Positions 50,663 to 60,940 of a DNA stretch of 64,000 bases are shown in pieces. The notes under the pieces were generated by a model, which saw only the letters and a list, made by a program, of their open reading frames with translations, was not told the origin of the DNA and did not search any database. The stretch's first letter is position 1; every line of letters starts with the position of its first letter. The stretch is taken from positions 372,001 through 436,000 of the forward strand of contig CAWKCK010000002.1 of assembly GCA_963848135.1 (NCBI GenBank), read 5' to 3'. Source of the DNA: an uncultured delta proteobacterium. GTDB lineage: Bacteria > Desulfobacterota > Desulfobacteria > Desulfobacterales > SG8-13. Both the position numbers and the translations under genes were made by a program.

Positions 50663-50727
50663 TATGTTATTGGGGCCTGTTAGCCCGATAGGTATTATTT
50701 CTCGTCCCCACAAATGTTTGCAGCGGA

Positions 50728-51645
50728 TCACGATCCGATGACTCTTTTTACCTGGCGTCTCAGCCAGGCCAGTCCGATCCGGCCACGCAAATTGGAGGCG
50801 GCCAAGGCCAGTGGTAGCAGCCGCTCGGCCATAGGGGTTAGATAACAGATGCGGATCAAGTCCCGGTAAAGCGCCTTGTAACTGTCATGAGTAAAAAGAA
50901 TTTGTGCCCCCCGACGATCGAATCCCCAGCGTTGAGCCAGTTTTTTTGCGGCAGCGCTTCCATCCCGCAGGGTCAAAACGGCTCGAAATGGGCCCTCGGG
51001 GGCAAAGACGTCTGTTCGAAAATTTTTTAGTGATGCGGCAGCGGCGGCGGCCAAACCCTCTCGCCAAAGCTTTTCTACAAACCCTTCACGACCGGCGGAT
51101 TTATCGATGGGATAGACCTGAATTCCCGGAATCGCATACTGGGCCTGTTCACAGGCGACCGGACAGCCGGAAAAAAAGACCGGCCGCAGGCCGAATGGTG
51201 CCAGCGATGCCGAAAACAGTGCGACTTCCGGCAGCAGTTTACCGTTGACTTCGAGACGCTGAATCCGTGAGGTCAGTGTGTGGGCTAAAAATCCATCCGA
51301 GCCGGAGGCCGCATGAAGGCCGAGATATAAGACCGCTTCGGCAGACCCCGGATCGCCGATACCCGGTACCGGTCCGATTTTGTAACCGCCGACAACCCTG
51401 ACACGGGAATCGATCCACTCCGGTAAGAGGTTATAACCGGTGCGATGGAAATCCTTCACGATCACCTGTTGCACACCGCGGGCATAGAGCTCTTTCACCA
51501 CCGCCTGCACATCTCTGGTCATTGCGGTGCAGGCGCCGACCCAGGCCGCTGTTTTGAAGGCCGATGCCTCGTAACTCCAGCAACCCGAACTCCCTTCGAT
51601 GTCCGCAACGATCAACACACTCTTAAAAAACGGCATGGTGTTCAC
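50728..51645 (-). CDS. M55 family (DppA-like) metallopeptidase
   Basis: ADIEG, KDFH, GLHAASG..GFLAHT, EV.L motifs. Confidence 0.75.
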   Translation of the reverse strand: MNTMPFFKSVLIVADIEGSSGCWSYEASAFKTAAWVGACTAMTRDVQAVVKELYARGVQQVIVKDFHRTGYNLLPEWIDSRVRVVGGYKIGPVPGIGDPGSAEAVLYLGLHAASGSDGFLAHTLTSRIQRLEVNGKLLPEVALFSASLAPFGLRPVFFSGCPVACEQAQYAIPGIQVYPIDKSAGREGFVEKLWREGLAAAAAASLKNFRTDVFAPEGPFRAVLTLRDGSAAAKKLAQRWGFDRRGAQILFTHDSYKALYRDLIRICYLTPMAERLLPLALAASNLRGRIGLAWLRRQVKRVIGS

Positions 51646-52907
51646 GCTTCCAAAACAGGTTCCGCAGGCTGGATGCCCGCCTGAGTGATCGCCCGGATGC
51701 GCGCCAACACCGGAGGATGGGTATAGTTCAGGAACACGTAAAACGGATGGGGCCGCAGGTTGGATAAATTGTGAACCGACAGTTTCTTCAAAGCGGTCAC
51801 CATGGCCTGCGGATCCTGCGTTGTCGCAGCGGCAAAACGATCGGCCTCATATTCGTTTTTGCGGGACAATTTCCTGAGAATCAGGCCGGTAATGACGTCG
51901 AAAGGTGAATACAGCAGGGCAAAAAAAACCAGCCCGGTATATACCGATGGGGTATCAATATAGAAGGCTTTGAAAAGTCCCGGATACGATATGACAAGTG
52001 ACAGCATAAAAAACATGAGGCCAGACTGGCCAATTCCAATCAAGAGGGTTTTTAAAATATGCTTTCTCTTGAAATGACCCATTTCGTGGGCCAAAATGGC
52101 GACCAGTTCCGCGGAGGTGTGTTTTTCAATCATGGTGTCGAAAAGAACGATACGTTTGTAACGGCCGAAACCAGTGAAAAACGCGTTTGATTTACTCGAT
52201 CGCCGGGATCCGTCCATGATGAAAATATTATCGAGGGAAAAATCAATTGAACGGGCATATTTGAGAATCGCCGCTTTAAGCTCCCCTTCTTCCAAAATGT
52301 TGAAGCGATTGAAAAGCGGCATGATCCACGCGGGTGCAATAAATTGAACCACCAGCATATAGAGCGTAACGGCCCCCCAGCAATAAAGCCAGGCAGCGGA
52401 ACCAGCAAATTCGAAGAACGCCAGCACACCAGCCAAGAGCGGTACACCCAAAACCAACGAAATCCCCAGCCCCTTGAGCTTGTCTTTGCAGAAGGTGCTC
52501 CAATTCGTTTGATTGAATCCGAACCGTTCTTCGATAACAAAGGTGGAATAGGCGCTAAAGGGTATGTTTGCTGCAGCAACCAGCAGTGACAGAATTCCGA
52601 TGTAAGCCACACCGGTAGGAACCGCAGGCAGTCCCCACGACCGCACCCAACCATCCAACAATTGAAACCCGTTACCGAACCAGAAGGTAATCAGCAACAG
52701 GAAATTTACCGCGGCAACGATCCAGCCGAAGCGGGTATTGACCTTCAAATACACCTGGGAACGCTGATAGCGTTCCTTATCGTAGACATCTCTGAATTCA
52801 TCCGGAAGGTCATGACCAATTGTTTTCAAGTTGAGATAATCGGCAACGGCATTCAGAGCCAAATCGAGCAAAAGCGCCGTCAGAATAACCACTCCGATCA
52901 CATTCAT
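51642..52907 (-). CDS. M48 family Ste24-like membrane zinc protease
   Basis: FVIEERFGFN, DGSRRSSKSNAFFTG, HEMGH, EYEADRFA, YTHPP. Confidence 0.93.
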   Translation of the reverse strand: MNVIGVVILTALLLDLALNAVADYLNLKTIGHDLPDEFRDVYDKERYQRSQVYLKVNTRFGWIVAAVNFLLLITFWFGNGFQLLDGWVRSWGLPAVPTGVAYIGILSLLVAAANIPFSAYSTFVIEERFGFNQTNWSTFCKDKLKGLGISLVLGVPLLAGVLAFFEFAGSAAWLYCWGAVTLYMLVVQFIAPAWIMPLFNRFNILEEGELKAAILKYARSIDFSLDNIFIMDGSRRSSKSNAFFTGFGRYKRIVLFDTMIEKHTSAELVAILAHEMGHFKRKHILKTLLIGIGQSGLMFFMLSLVISYPGLFKAFYIDTPSVYTGLVFFALLYSPFDVITGLILRKLSRKNEYEADRFAAATTQDPQAMVTALKKLSVHNLSNLRPHPFYVFLNYTHPPVLARIRAITQAGIQPAEPVLEA

Positions 52908-52986
52908 TCTCTTACTCTCTTTTCTCTAAAAATCTAAGTCTTTGTTTCGGATTTCCAGAATCAAAATAACAAAAGGGTGCATTTGG

Positions 52987-53608
52987 TCATGCCCTGTGCG
53001 GGACGCCGCTCTCTTCAAGGAAGCGCTCGAGGACAGATAGCGGTTGGGCACCGACGACCATTTGCCCACCCAGCGCAAAGGTCGGCACGGCGGTCACACC
53101 CATCTGCATGGACAAGGCCCAGTCCCGGTCAACAGCATCGCGGTAGGTTCTCTCCTGGAGGATGCGTTCGGCTTCGCCGGCCGGCAATCCAATCTCGGTT
53201 GCCAGTTCAATAAGGATAACCGGATCCCCAATATTCAACCCTGCGGCGAAATAGGCGCGAAATACCGCCTGGTGGATAGACCGCTTCGAGACCTTCTGCA
53301 GCCGCCCATTTAGACAATTCCTGAGCCAAACGGCTGTTATACGTCATCGTACGGTCACCAAATGGCAGGCCAAGATCAAGGGCCGTCTTGCGTAATTGTT
53401 GAACCAAATCTCTGACATCGACGGGTCGATCGGCAAACAAATCCTCGAGGGTGCGACCATCAGGAGGTGTGTCAGGATGCAGGGGAAAAGAAATCCAGTT
53501 CACGCTAATAGCATACCGATTTTGTAATTTTTCAATACGCCCGGTAATGAAATAGCAATACGGTCAGATGTAATCCGAATACACATCAAGTACATAAGGC
53601 GTGTTCAT
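52987..53608 (-). CDS. DsbA/FrnE-family oxidoreductase, selenoprotein (UxxC), with apparent +1 frameshift near 53280
   Basis: AGGAG RBS, then MNTPYVLDVYSDYI-TGA(53564-53566)-PYCYFITGR...FPLHPDTP in frame with ORF 53207-53503. The C-terminus IHQAVFRAYF...GVTAVPTF...GAQP lies in the next frame. Confidence 0.85.
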
Positions 53609-53727
53609 TTTTTCTCCTAACAGCGCCGATATCACGAACCGGCGCCGGGTTATGGTTTCTGGATCTATGGACACAACCGACATTTACAATTCGAAATAAG
53701 TATTTAAAACAGTAAACAGAAATTATC

Positions 53728-53766
53728 AAAAAGAAAGGGGAGGCATTGGGGATGATGCCTCCCCTC
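53728..53766 (-). terminator. Intrinsic terminator
   Basis: AGGGGAGGCAT-CATCCCCA-ATGCCTCCCCT followed by TTCTTTTT. Confidence 0.8.
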
Positions 53767-53839
53767 GAACAGAGGAAAGAGTAAGGGTTAAGTTGAATTA
53801 AAATACCAACTAACACCTTAAGCAGCTGGCGCTGCTTAA
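53728..53839 (-). ncRNA. Candidate small RNA (~110 nt)
   Basis: Own sigma-70 promoter, 5' hairpin TTAAGCAGC-GCCA-GCTGCTTAA, CU-rich single strand and intrinsic terminator. Confidence 0.55.
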
Positions 53840-53843
53840 CCTT

Positions 53844-53871
53844 ATTTTAATACCACATTGTGTCATGTCAA
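53844..53871 (-). promoter_or_regulatory. Sigma-70 promoter
   Basis: TTGACA-16 nt-TAAAAT on the minus strand. Confidence 0.65.
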
Positions 53872-53900
53872 GTACAATTTTATCCTAAATCCACTTTTCC

Positions 53901-54314
53901 CTATTTTTTTTCCAGTTTAACCGCCACAGCGTATCTTCCGGGTCCGGTATTGATCAAACCGAAAAATACGGCAGACAGCCCCAGCGAATAAAGGGTCAGA
54001 GATTTATACCCGACACCGAAATAGGTAAAACAATAAAATCCGAACAGAAGGCTCATGACGATGCAGGCCACCCGAAATAAAAAACCGGACAGCAGGCTCA
54101 CGGCCCCTAAGGTTTCAAGCAGAAGAACACCCAACCCCATGGCCTGCAGGGGAACACCGAACTGAAAATAACTCAAGGCCATACCGACGCTCTGCCACTG
54201 AGGTGCACCACCGGCCAACTTGGGTACGGCGTGTATAAACAAGGCCGCCGCCAGGCCGACCCTCATGATGAGTAAACCGAAACTCATTTTTCGTTCATGC
54301 GAATTGAAAAACAT
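53901..54314 (-). CDS. DoxX family membrane protein
   Basis: GLLIMRVGL...H..PKL...E..G...GPGRYAV. Confidence 0.85.
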   Translation of the reverse strand: MFFNSHERKMSFGLLIMRVGLAAALFIHAVPKLAGGAPQWQSVGMALSYFQFGVPLQAMGLGVLLLETLGAVSLLSGFLFRVACIVMSLLFGFYCFTYFGVGYKSLTLYSLGLSAVFFGLINTGPGRYAVAVKLEKK

Positions 54315-54442
54315 AAAATCGGCCTCCCTTGGGTAATGTTACTCAATTGTACCCTTTTTTGGGGGCATTCAGCAAATAAAATCAAAGATGTCACTGGGTC
54401 TGAGGTCCGCCAACGCCTTTTCAGAAAAGCGCAATCGGCCGA

Positions 54443-56597
54443 CTATTGAATCCGATCAATGAACTCCCAAACCGTTCGATGGACACGATCGGCACCTTCG
54501 CCCAAAACGATCCCATGCCGGTCAAAACTAAATAGAACATAGGTTTTGTCTTCCGCGCCGATTTTTTGAAAAACCCTAACCGAACCCTTCGGATTAACGA
54601 CTGGATCTCCCTGTCCCTGGATGACAAGTGCCGGCACTTGGATATTGGCCAACTTGCCCTCCAAGGCATTCATAAACCGCTCGAGTTCACGCACACCGGC
54701 AATTGGATTTCTCCCGTAATTGATGTGGGGATTCTCAGGATGATTCTCCACAAATTCCATCCTGGCTTCGTTCAAGTGAACCTTCTTCATGAACCGGTTC
54801 CATACATCCACGGCCGGTACAAGCCGTGTGGAAAGGTCATTGAGCCGCAAGGGTGGTGACACGGCGAATACGCCGGAAACATCACCGACCCGGGCCGCCA
54901 AATCGAGAGCCAAACCAGCCCCATTGGAAAACCCTCCGACGACGACCCGTCGGCATAGAGCACTCACAATGGCGTATGCCCGATCAACCGAATCCACCCA
55001 CCCTTGATAGCGTGTCCGGGCCAAGTCTTCAGGCGAGGTCCCGTGGCCTTTGACCCGCGGGACACAAACCCACAAACCTTTTCGACCGAGATACTCCGCC
55101 AATTCCTTCATTTCCATCGGGGCAGCCATGTAACCGTGGATGAGAATCACCCCGATCCGCCGGGAATTGCCGCGAATCAGCAAGGGTTTTCCGACATTTT
55201 TTGCCTTTGACTCACCTTTTATTTTATACTTTATATAATCATACTCAAACTCCTCTTTTGATTGTTTTATTAGCATTTTAGTTACTTTGCGCTTTACCCA
55301 AAAATCGGGCATCCAGGCTGTCCGCCGGACGAGACGCTGCAACGCCGTCAAGGGCTCTACGGCATTGGCCGCAACCTCAATCGGATTATCGATACGCGCA
55401 CGGTGGAAATCATAAGGAGAAGAAAACTTGGAACGGTCTTTGATCAACTGCGATCCATCACGTTGCAGTATATCCTTTTCAAGCGCCACAGACATGAAAT
55501 CGTGAATCCGACAAAAACGATCGTCAGTCAGCAGGTGAATTTGATCCTCCTGAAGGCTATGGTGGAGGTGGAGGCTTTTCATTTTTCTCGCTGCCGTGGT
55601 AACCAGAAACAGCTTACGCCGCAAAGCGGGTTCTTCAAAGGATACTGCGGGGTGAAAACCGGATAAGGGAGGCAAACAGGTGATCGTGATTAACTGTTGT
55701 CATTGCATATATGGCCGCCATATAACGCTGCATAAGGTTGAGAGCTTCCTTGCGCATTCGGCGCTGGGAAGAAAGTTGGTCATCGAAGCGGATTCGGCGT
55801 TTGCTGAGCACATCTCTTTTTACCGCCGCACAGGCTAAGCATTCGTTGACCTGAATCGGTTGACCAAATCGAATGTCGAGGTCGACCCCGGACAGGAGCA
55901 TGGTGCCTTCTGTCATAATTTCTTCAACCAGTCGATCGGGCAAATCCTCTACCAGCTGTGTGGCCAGCGTGCTGAGAAGATTCTCACGCGCTCTAATTGG
56001 AAAGTAAGTCAAACAGACCGGCACGATATACGTATTATGATTCACCACCGAATCTGCATCTTTGATATGAAACTCGTCCAGAAGATGATTCGCCTCCCCA
56101 GGCGCTTCTTTTAGAAGCTGTTTGATCCGCTGGCGATAGAATTCGGTGCGCATTGCCAACAGAGCGGCGCCGGTATGGGGCGGATGCTTGCCCCCGGCAT
56201 AAGAAATCATGAACCGCCCTTTTTCGATAATTTTTTTGTTTTTTACCATGCGCCCTTCTGGAAAAATGATCCAGTTTGCCTCACCGGTCAGCAGAGTCTT
56301 TACAATCAGGCGGTCACGTTCCGGATTATGGGTGGACACCGCTCCGACTTTTTCCAGATAGGACCCAAAGGCCCCCTTGAACAACTCATTGCTGGCAAGT
56401 GACCAGACGGGTACCCCGGTGAGTTTGAATATCTGGTAAGGCATCAAAAAGGTTTCCATCCGGGTAAAGTGATTGATTACAAAAATAACTGAACCCATTG
56501 GAATATTTTCGGTTCCGTGGAGTCTAATTCTCGCCTTCGACAGTTCGGCGATGGTTTTGATCAACAGCCCGGTGGTTCGGTAGGCAAAACGGTTCAT
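54443..56597 (-). CDS. PlsC-type acyltransferase / alpha-beta hydrolase fusion, split by a frameshift near 55640
   Basis: N-part NHFTRME, IFPEGRM, HTGAA; C-part LIHGY, GHGTSP, GFSNG, DPVV, H. The frames join at AGT ATC C TTT GAA GAA. Confidence 0.8.
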
Positions 56598-56731
56598 GGT
56601 CGGTTCGATCCGGTTTTGGTGTTGCTGTCTTGAGGTCCCACCACAATGAATAGTTGCGGTTGACACTGTAGTTCTTTACTTTTATGATAACTTTTTCTGC
56701 TCAAAAGATAAAGAATTTACCGGAGGTTGCC

Positions 56732-57160
56732 GTGTATTCCAGAATTCTCATATTGCGTTTTCCGGCTGTGGCCGCTCAGAAACCGATTGTCTGTTACCTC
56801 ACCAAAGATTACGACCTGACTTTCAATATCCTGAATGCCGCCGTATTGCCACGCAAAGAAGGCGTCATGGTGCTTGAGTTGGCCGGCGATAAGAAAAAAT
56901 TCAGGCAGGGGGTGAAATACCTTAAAAGCGAGGGGATTCAAGTCGATTATGCCTCGCAAGAAATTAAGCGCGACAAGAAAAAATGCACCCATTGCGGCGC
57001 TTGCACCGCCGTATGCCCCACCGGTGCGCTAACGGTTCAGCGTCCCAAAATGATCGTTCGGTTTGACCATAGGAAGTGCAGCATTTGCGAGCTCTGCGTG
57101 CCCGCCTGCCCGACGCGCGCGATGGAGGTTCATTCCGTCAACCAGATCTTTTTCGAATGA
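56732..57160 (+). CDS. NIL domain + 2x[4Fe-4S] ferredoxin
   Basis: FNILNA...EGVMVLEL NIL domain; CTHCGACTAVCP and CSICELCVPACP; GGAGG RBS with GTG start. Confidence 0.88.
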   Translation: MYSRILILRFPAVAAQKPIVCYLTKDYDLTFNILNAAVLPRKEGVMVLELAGDKKKFRQGVKYLKSEGIQVDYASQEIKRDKKKCTHCGACTAVCPTGALTVQRPKMIVRFDHRKCSICELCVPACPTRAMEVHSVNQIFFE

Positions 57161-58189
57161 AACCGACAGTCGCCGTCGCCGTCAGCGGGGGTGTAGATTC
57201 TCTGATGGCGGCACATTTACTTAAAGAACACGGCCATCCTGTCGTCGGATTTCATTTTCTAACCGGTTACGAATCCGGGCAGCGAAATATCGAATCCATT
57301 GCCCATCAACTCGATATTCCCCTGCATATCTGCGATCTATCCGAGGCTTTTGAAGACAGAGTTGTGCAGTACTTCTTGCAGACTTATCAAGCTGGAAAAA
57401 CACCAAATCCGTGCCTGCAGTGCAATCCAATCATTAAATTCGGTCTCCTACTCGATCAAACCCAGCAATTAGGGATTGATCGACTTGCCACCGGACATTA
57501 TGCACGCATCGCAAGGGACGACCGTGATCCCCACAGTATCCGTCTACTGAGAGGCAGCGACCAACGCAAGGACCAATCGTACTTTTTAGCCTTTTTGTCG
57601 CGGCGGCAGCTTTCCCGGGCGCTATTTCCACTGGGTGACTATGAAAAAGAGACCATAAAGAAGCTGGCTGCCGACAAAGGCCTGATACCGGCTGACCAAG
57701 GAAGAGAGCCAGGATGTATGCTTTATCACCGAAAGCACCTCTGCTCATTTTCTTACCCGACATATCGGCTCCGGATCCAATCCTGGAGATATTATCGACC
57801 AAAACGGCCGCTTATTAGGGCAGCACGAGGGACTACACCTTTATACTGTCGGCCAGAGACGCGGTATCAATTGCCCGGCAGGTGAACCCTATTACGTGCT
57901 GCGCCTGGACACCGAACGCAACCGACTGGTCGTCGGTCATAAACAGGACACTCTCTCCGGAAAATGCCGGGTCGAAAGGATCAACTGGATTCAGCCGGTA
58001 CCGACAGAACCCATTCGGGTTCACACCCAGGTGCGCTATCGGCATAAAGCGGCAGCCTCGTTACTTATGCCCCTCCAGAATAACCAGGCGGAAGTTCGAT
58101 TCGAGGCGCCACAATCCTCCATCGCACCCGGCCAGGGAGCGGTTTTCTACGTCGGAGAGGAGGTGATCGGAGGCGGACTTATCATTTAG
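57157..58189 (+). CDS. mnmA: tRNA 2-thiouridine(34) synthase, frameshift near 57690
   Basis: SGGVDS, TPNPCLQCN..IKF, ATGHYA, KDQSYFL. ESQDVCF, TVGQRRG and PGQGAVFY continue in the +1 frame. Confidence 0.92.
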
Positions 58190-58229
58190 AGATATTTCTT
58201 ATTTATTATTGGATAGTTATACAGTTTTA

Positions 58230-59582
58230 ATGATGTTAAAGTTTAAATTCAAAACCTTGGGTTGCAAGGTCAACCAGGCTGAATCCGAAGCCCTGAGCGT
58301 ACTGCTTAAAAATGCCGGCCTGGCGCCGGAGAACCGCACTGCGCCAGCCGATCTATGCGTTATCAATACCTGTACGGTAACTCAAAAGGCAGCCATGCAG
58401 TCCCGGCAAGCGATACGCCAGGCGATTCGCGCCAACCCGGATGCCCACATTATCGTTACCGGTTGTTATGCTCAAACAGCACCTGAAGAAATCCGCAGCA
58501 TTGATGGCGTCGACACGATCTTGGACCATACCGACAAACCCCGTTTGGTGGAATTTGTTCGCAACAATAACTGCTCTCATGACGTCAAGTGCCGGGAAAC
58601 CATCCCGGGAAAAAGTCCGCTCGAGCCGACCACCGTCATCGGGCAAGGAAATCGTTCGCGACCATTTCTGAAAGTTCAAGACGGTTGCGAGTCTTTTTGT
58701 ACCTACTGCATTGTCCCCTATGCTCGGGGACCAAGCCGAAGTCTGTCACCGAATAACGTTTTGGAAAGCATTGACAAAATATGTAATGCGGGTTTCAAGG
58801 AAGTTGTTCTGACCGGGATTCATCTCGGAAAATATGGTCATGACCTTTCGCCATCAACGGATCTGCTCTCTCTGCTCAGGCGCATTCGCAAAGCCGGCAC
58901 CATCGACCGTATCCGCTTGAGTTCGATCGAACCGGGCGAAATTTCCGACACCCTGATCCAATTTGTGGCCGATTCGTCCACAGGGATGGGGCGAATTTGT
59001 CCGCACTTCCACGTCCCATTGCAGAGCGGCGATGACGGTATCCTGAAAAGTATGCATCGCCCCTATTCAAGCCGCCGATTCAAAAATCTGATTTTAAAAA
59101 TAAACGCATTCTTGCCGGATGCCGCTATCGGAGTCGACGTACTGGTGGGATTTCCGGGTGAATCTGCGACGGCATTCGACCGCACCTGCCAATTAATCGA
59201 CCAGCTACCAGTTTCCTATTTGCATGTTTTCCCCTTTTCTCCCCGCAAAGGCACAGCAGCCTATCATTTTTCGGACAGAGTACCGGACCCTATCATTCGA
59301 GAGCGGTGCCGCACAATTCGCAAAATAGGAAATCATAAAAAATCAGACTTTTATCGAAAGTTTATTGGTCGGAAGCTTGAGGTCATTTTCGAGGATCAGA
59401 CCCAAACGCCCCGCGGTTACCTCAAGGGAACCACGGCCAATTATATTCCCGTATTGGTCAAAGAATGTGGCCCCCTCATCCAAAACCAGGCCCCGACAAA
59501 TATTCTGATCGAAAAGGTCGACAAAGATTTGAAAGTTTTCGGAAAGGGATCCGCCGGGGACAGAGATGCTCAATTCCGATAA
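58230..59582 (+). CDS. mtaB: tRNA t6A37 methylthiotransferase (radical SAM)
   Basis: TLGCKVNQAE, NTCTVT, VTGCYAQ, KVQDGCESFCTYCIVP, LHVFPFSPRKGT. Confidence 0.9.
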   Translation: MMLKFKFKTLGCKVNQAESEALSVLLKNAGLAPENRTAPADLCVINTCTVTQKAAMQSRQAIRQAIRANPDAHIIVTGCYAQTAPEEIRSIDGVDTILDHTDKPRLVEFVRNNNCSHDVKCRETIPGKSPLEPTTVIGQGNRSRPFLKVQDGCESFCTYCIVPYARGPSRSLSPNNVLESIDKICNAGFKEVVLTGIHLGKYGHDLSPSTDLLSLLRRIRKAGTIDRIRLSSIEPGEISDTLIQFVADSSTGMGRICPHFHVPLQSGDDGILKSMHRPYSSRRFKNLILKINAFLPDAAIGVDVLVGFPGESATAFDRTCQLIDQLPVSYLHVFPFSPRKGTAAYHFSDRVPDPIIRERCRTIRKIGNHKKSDFYRKFIGRKLEVIFEDQTQTPRGYLKGTTANYIPVLVKECGPLIQNQAPTNILIEKVDKDLKVFGKGSAGDRDAQFR

Positions 59583-59792
59583 AGCCTGTAATCACAAATT
59601 CCATTGGGAAAGCGTGAATTTACTATTGCCCTGAAGATGATGGCTTTGCCCAAGAATATTATTCGATCTGCCAAATGTCCGGATGAATCGGATGCTGCAT
59701 GACCGGAAAGGAAGGCATCATGGCCAGCGGGCTTGATTTCTGAAACCCAGTTGTTAAGGTTCTAGTAAACCGCTGGAGCGAAAGAATCAACA

Positions 59793-60107
59793 ATGAGTGA
59801 TTACGAACCGGATCTTAAGGAAGATGTCGTCACGAACATCGATGAGGAGGTAACCGAACCACCGATGTTTAAGGTGCTCATTCACAATGACAACTACACG
59901 ACCAAGGATTTTGTGGTAAAAATTCTCGTGTCGGTTTTTAGCAAGTCGCTGGAGGAAGCGACCCATCTGATGTGGGCCGTTCACAAAAATGGTGTTGGGG
60001 TGTGTGGTGTCTATCCGTTTGAAGTTGCCGAAACCAAAGTGGGTATCGTCACCGCTACTGCCAGGGAAAACGGCTTTCCACTTAAATCGACCATGGAACC
60101 AGAGTAA
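59793..60107 (+). CDS. clpS: ATP-dependent Clp protease adaptor
   Basis: PPMFKVLIHNDNYTTKDFVV...VHKNGVG...AETK...FPL. Confidence 0.93.
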   Translation: MSDYEPDLKEDVVTNIDEEVTEPPMFKVLIHNDNYTTKDFVVKILVSVFSKSLEEATHLMWAVHKNGVGVCGVYPFEVAETKVGIVTATARENGFPLKSTMEPE

Positions 60108-60476
60108 TCCGCTCCGCATCGTACGGAATCCATTTACCAGTTATGACCCAATCGACATCGTCAGTTCTCTGGGGATCTTGGTGATGATTCTGAGCATAAC
60201 AAACGCATACCCCTTCCCCGCCATCCAAAAAATCCCCGAAGTTTGTCGCAACCTTTAACAGGGTGTTGAAAAACTGTTATTGACAATTTAATCGACTCCT
60301 GAGAAAAATGCGCTAACAGGCCAATTATTATAAAAATATTTGATAGCACCCCTCGTCAGCATCGACGGATCCAACGATGCCCTCGGATAATCCAAAAGGG
60401 TAATAGCAATTCAACATCAACATATGGTAACCTAAGGTGATATTATGGATACCATTTCTATCGCTAATGTGAAATT

Positions 60477-60890
60477 ATGAAGATCTCGACAATTGTCATC
60501 TGTTCTATATCTGCGAGTCTGTTTGTATTAACCGGTTGTGCATCTTTATCAGATATGAAGAGAATGGATGATTTAAACGAAACCGTCAAAACATACGAGA
60601 AGATGGTATTTTGGTCGGAATTTGACGCGGCATTGTCTTTCAGGGATCCAGAGAAAATCGACGAGAATCAGCCGGATATGGACTCTCTTAAAAAAGTCAG
60701 AGTAACTTCTTACAAAGTCAAACGCTTTATCGCTACCACCGATAAATCACAAGTGCGCCAAATAGTTGAAATTAGCTATTATCGTATGGATAACGTCAGT
60801 GTCAAAACCATTCAAGACCAGCAACTTTGGGTATTCAACCCTGACGCCCAGCGCTGGTACCTTCAAAGCGAACTGCCCACCTTCGAATGA
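60477..60890 (+). CDS. Hypothetical lipoprotein
   Basis: Signal peptide with lipobox LTGC. Confidence 0.7.
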   Translation: MKISTIVICSISASLFVLTGCASLSDMKRMDDLNETVKTYEKMVFWSEFDAALSFRDPEKIDENQPDMDSLKKVRVTSYKVKRFIATTDKSQVRQIVEISYYRMDNVSVKTIQDQQLWVFNPDAQRWYLQSELPTFE

Positions 60891-60940
60891 TTACACCCGC
60901 ATAGGGTACAAAATTTTTGGGCGCGCCCTGACTCCCCTAA

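Noticed and set aside
57680..57720. Programmed frameshifting or true pseudogene for mnmA
   Set aside because: There is no slippery sequence, both halves are fully conserved, and it clusters with other single-base indels.
59690..59730. SRP RNA-like CCGGAAAGGAAG motif
   Set aside because: It lacks the flanking CAGG/AGCA internal-loop consensus and the long stem.
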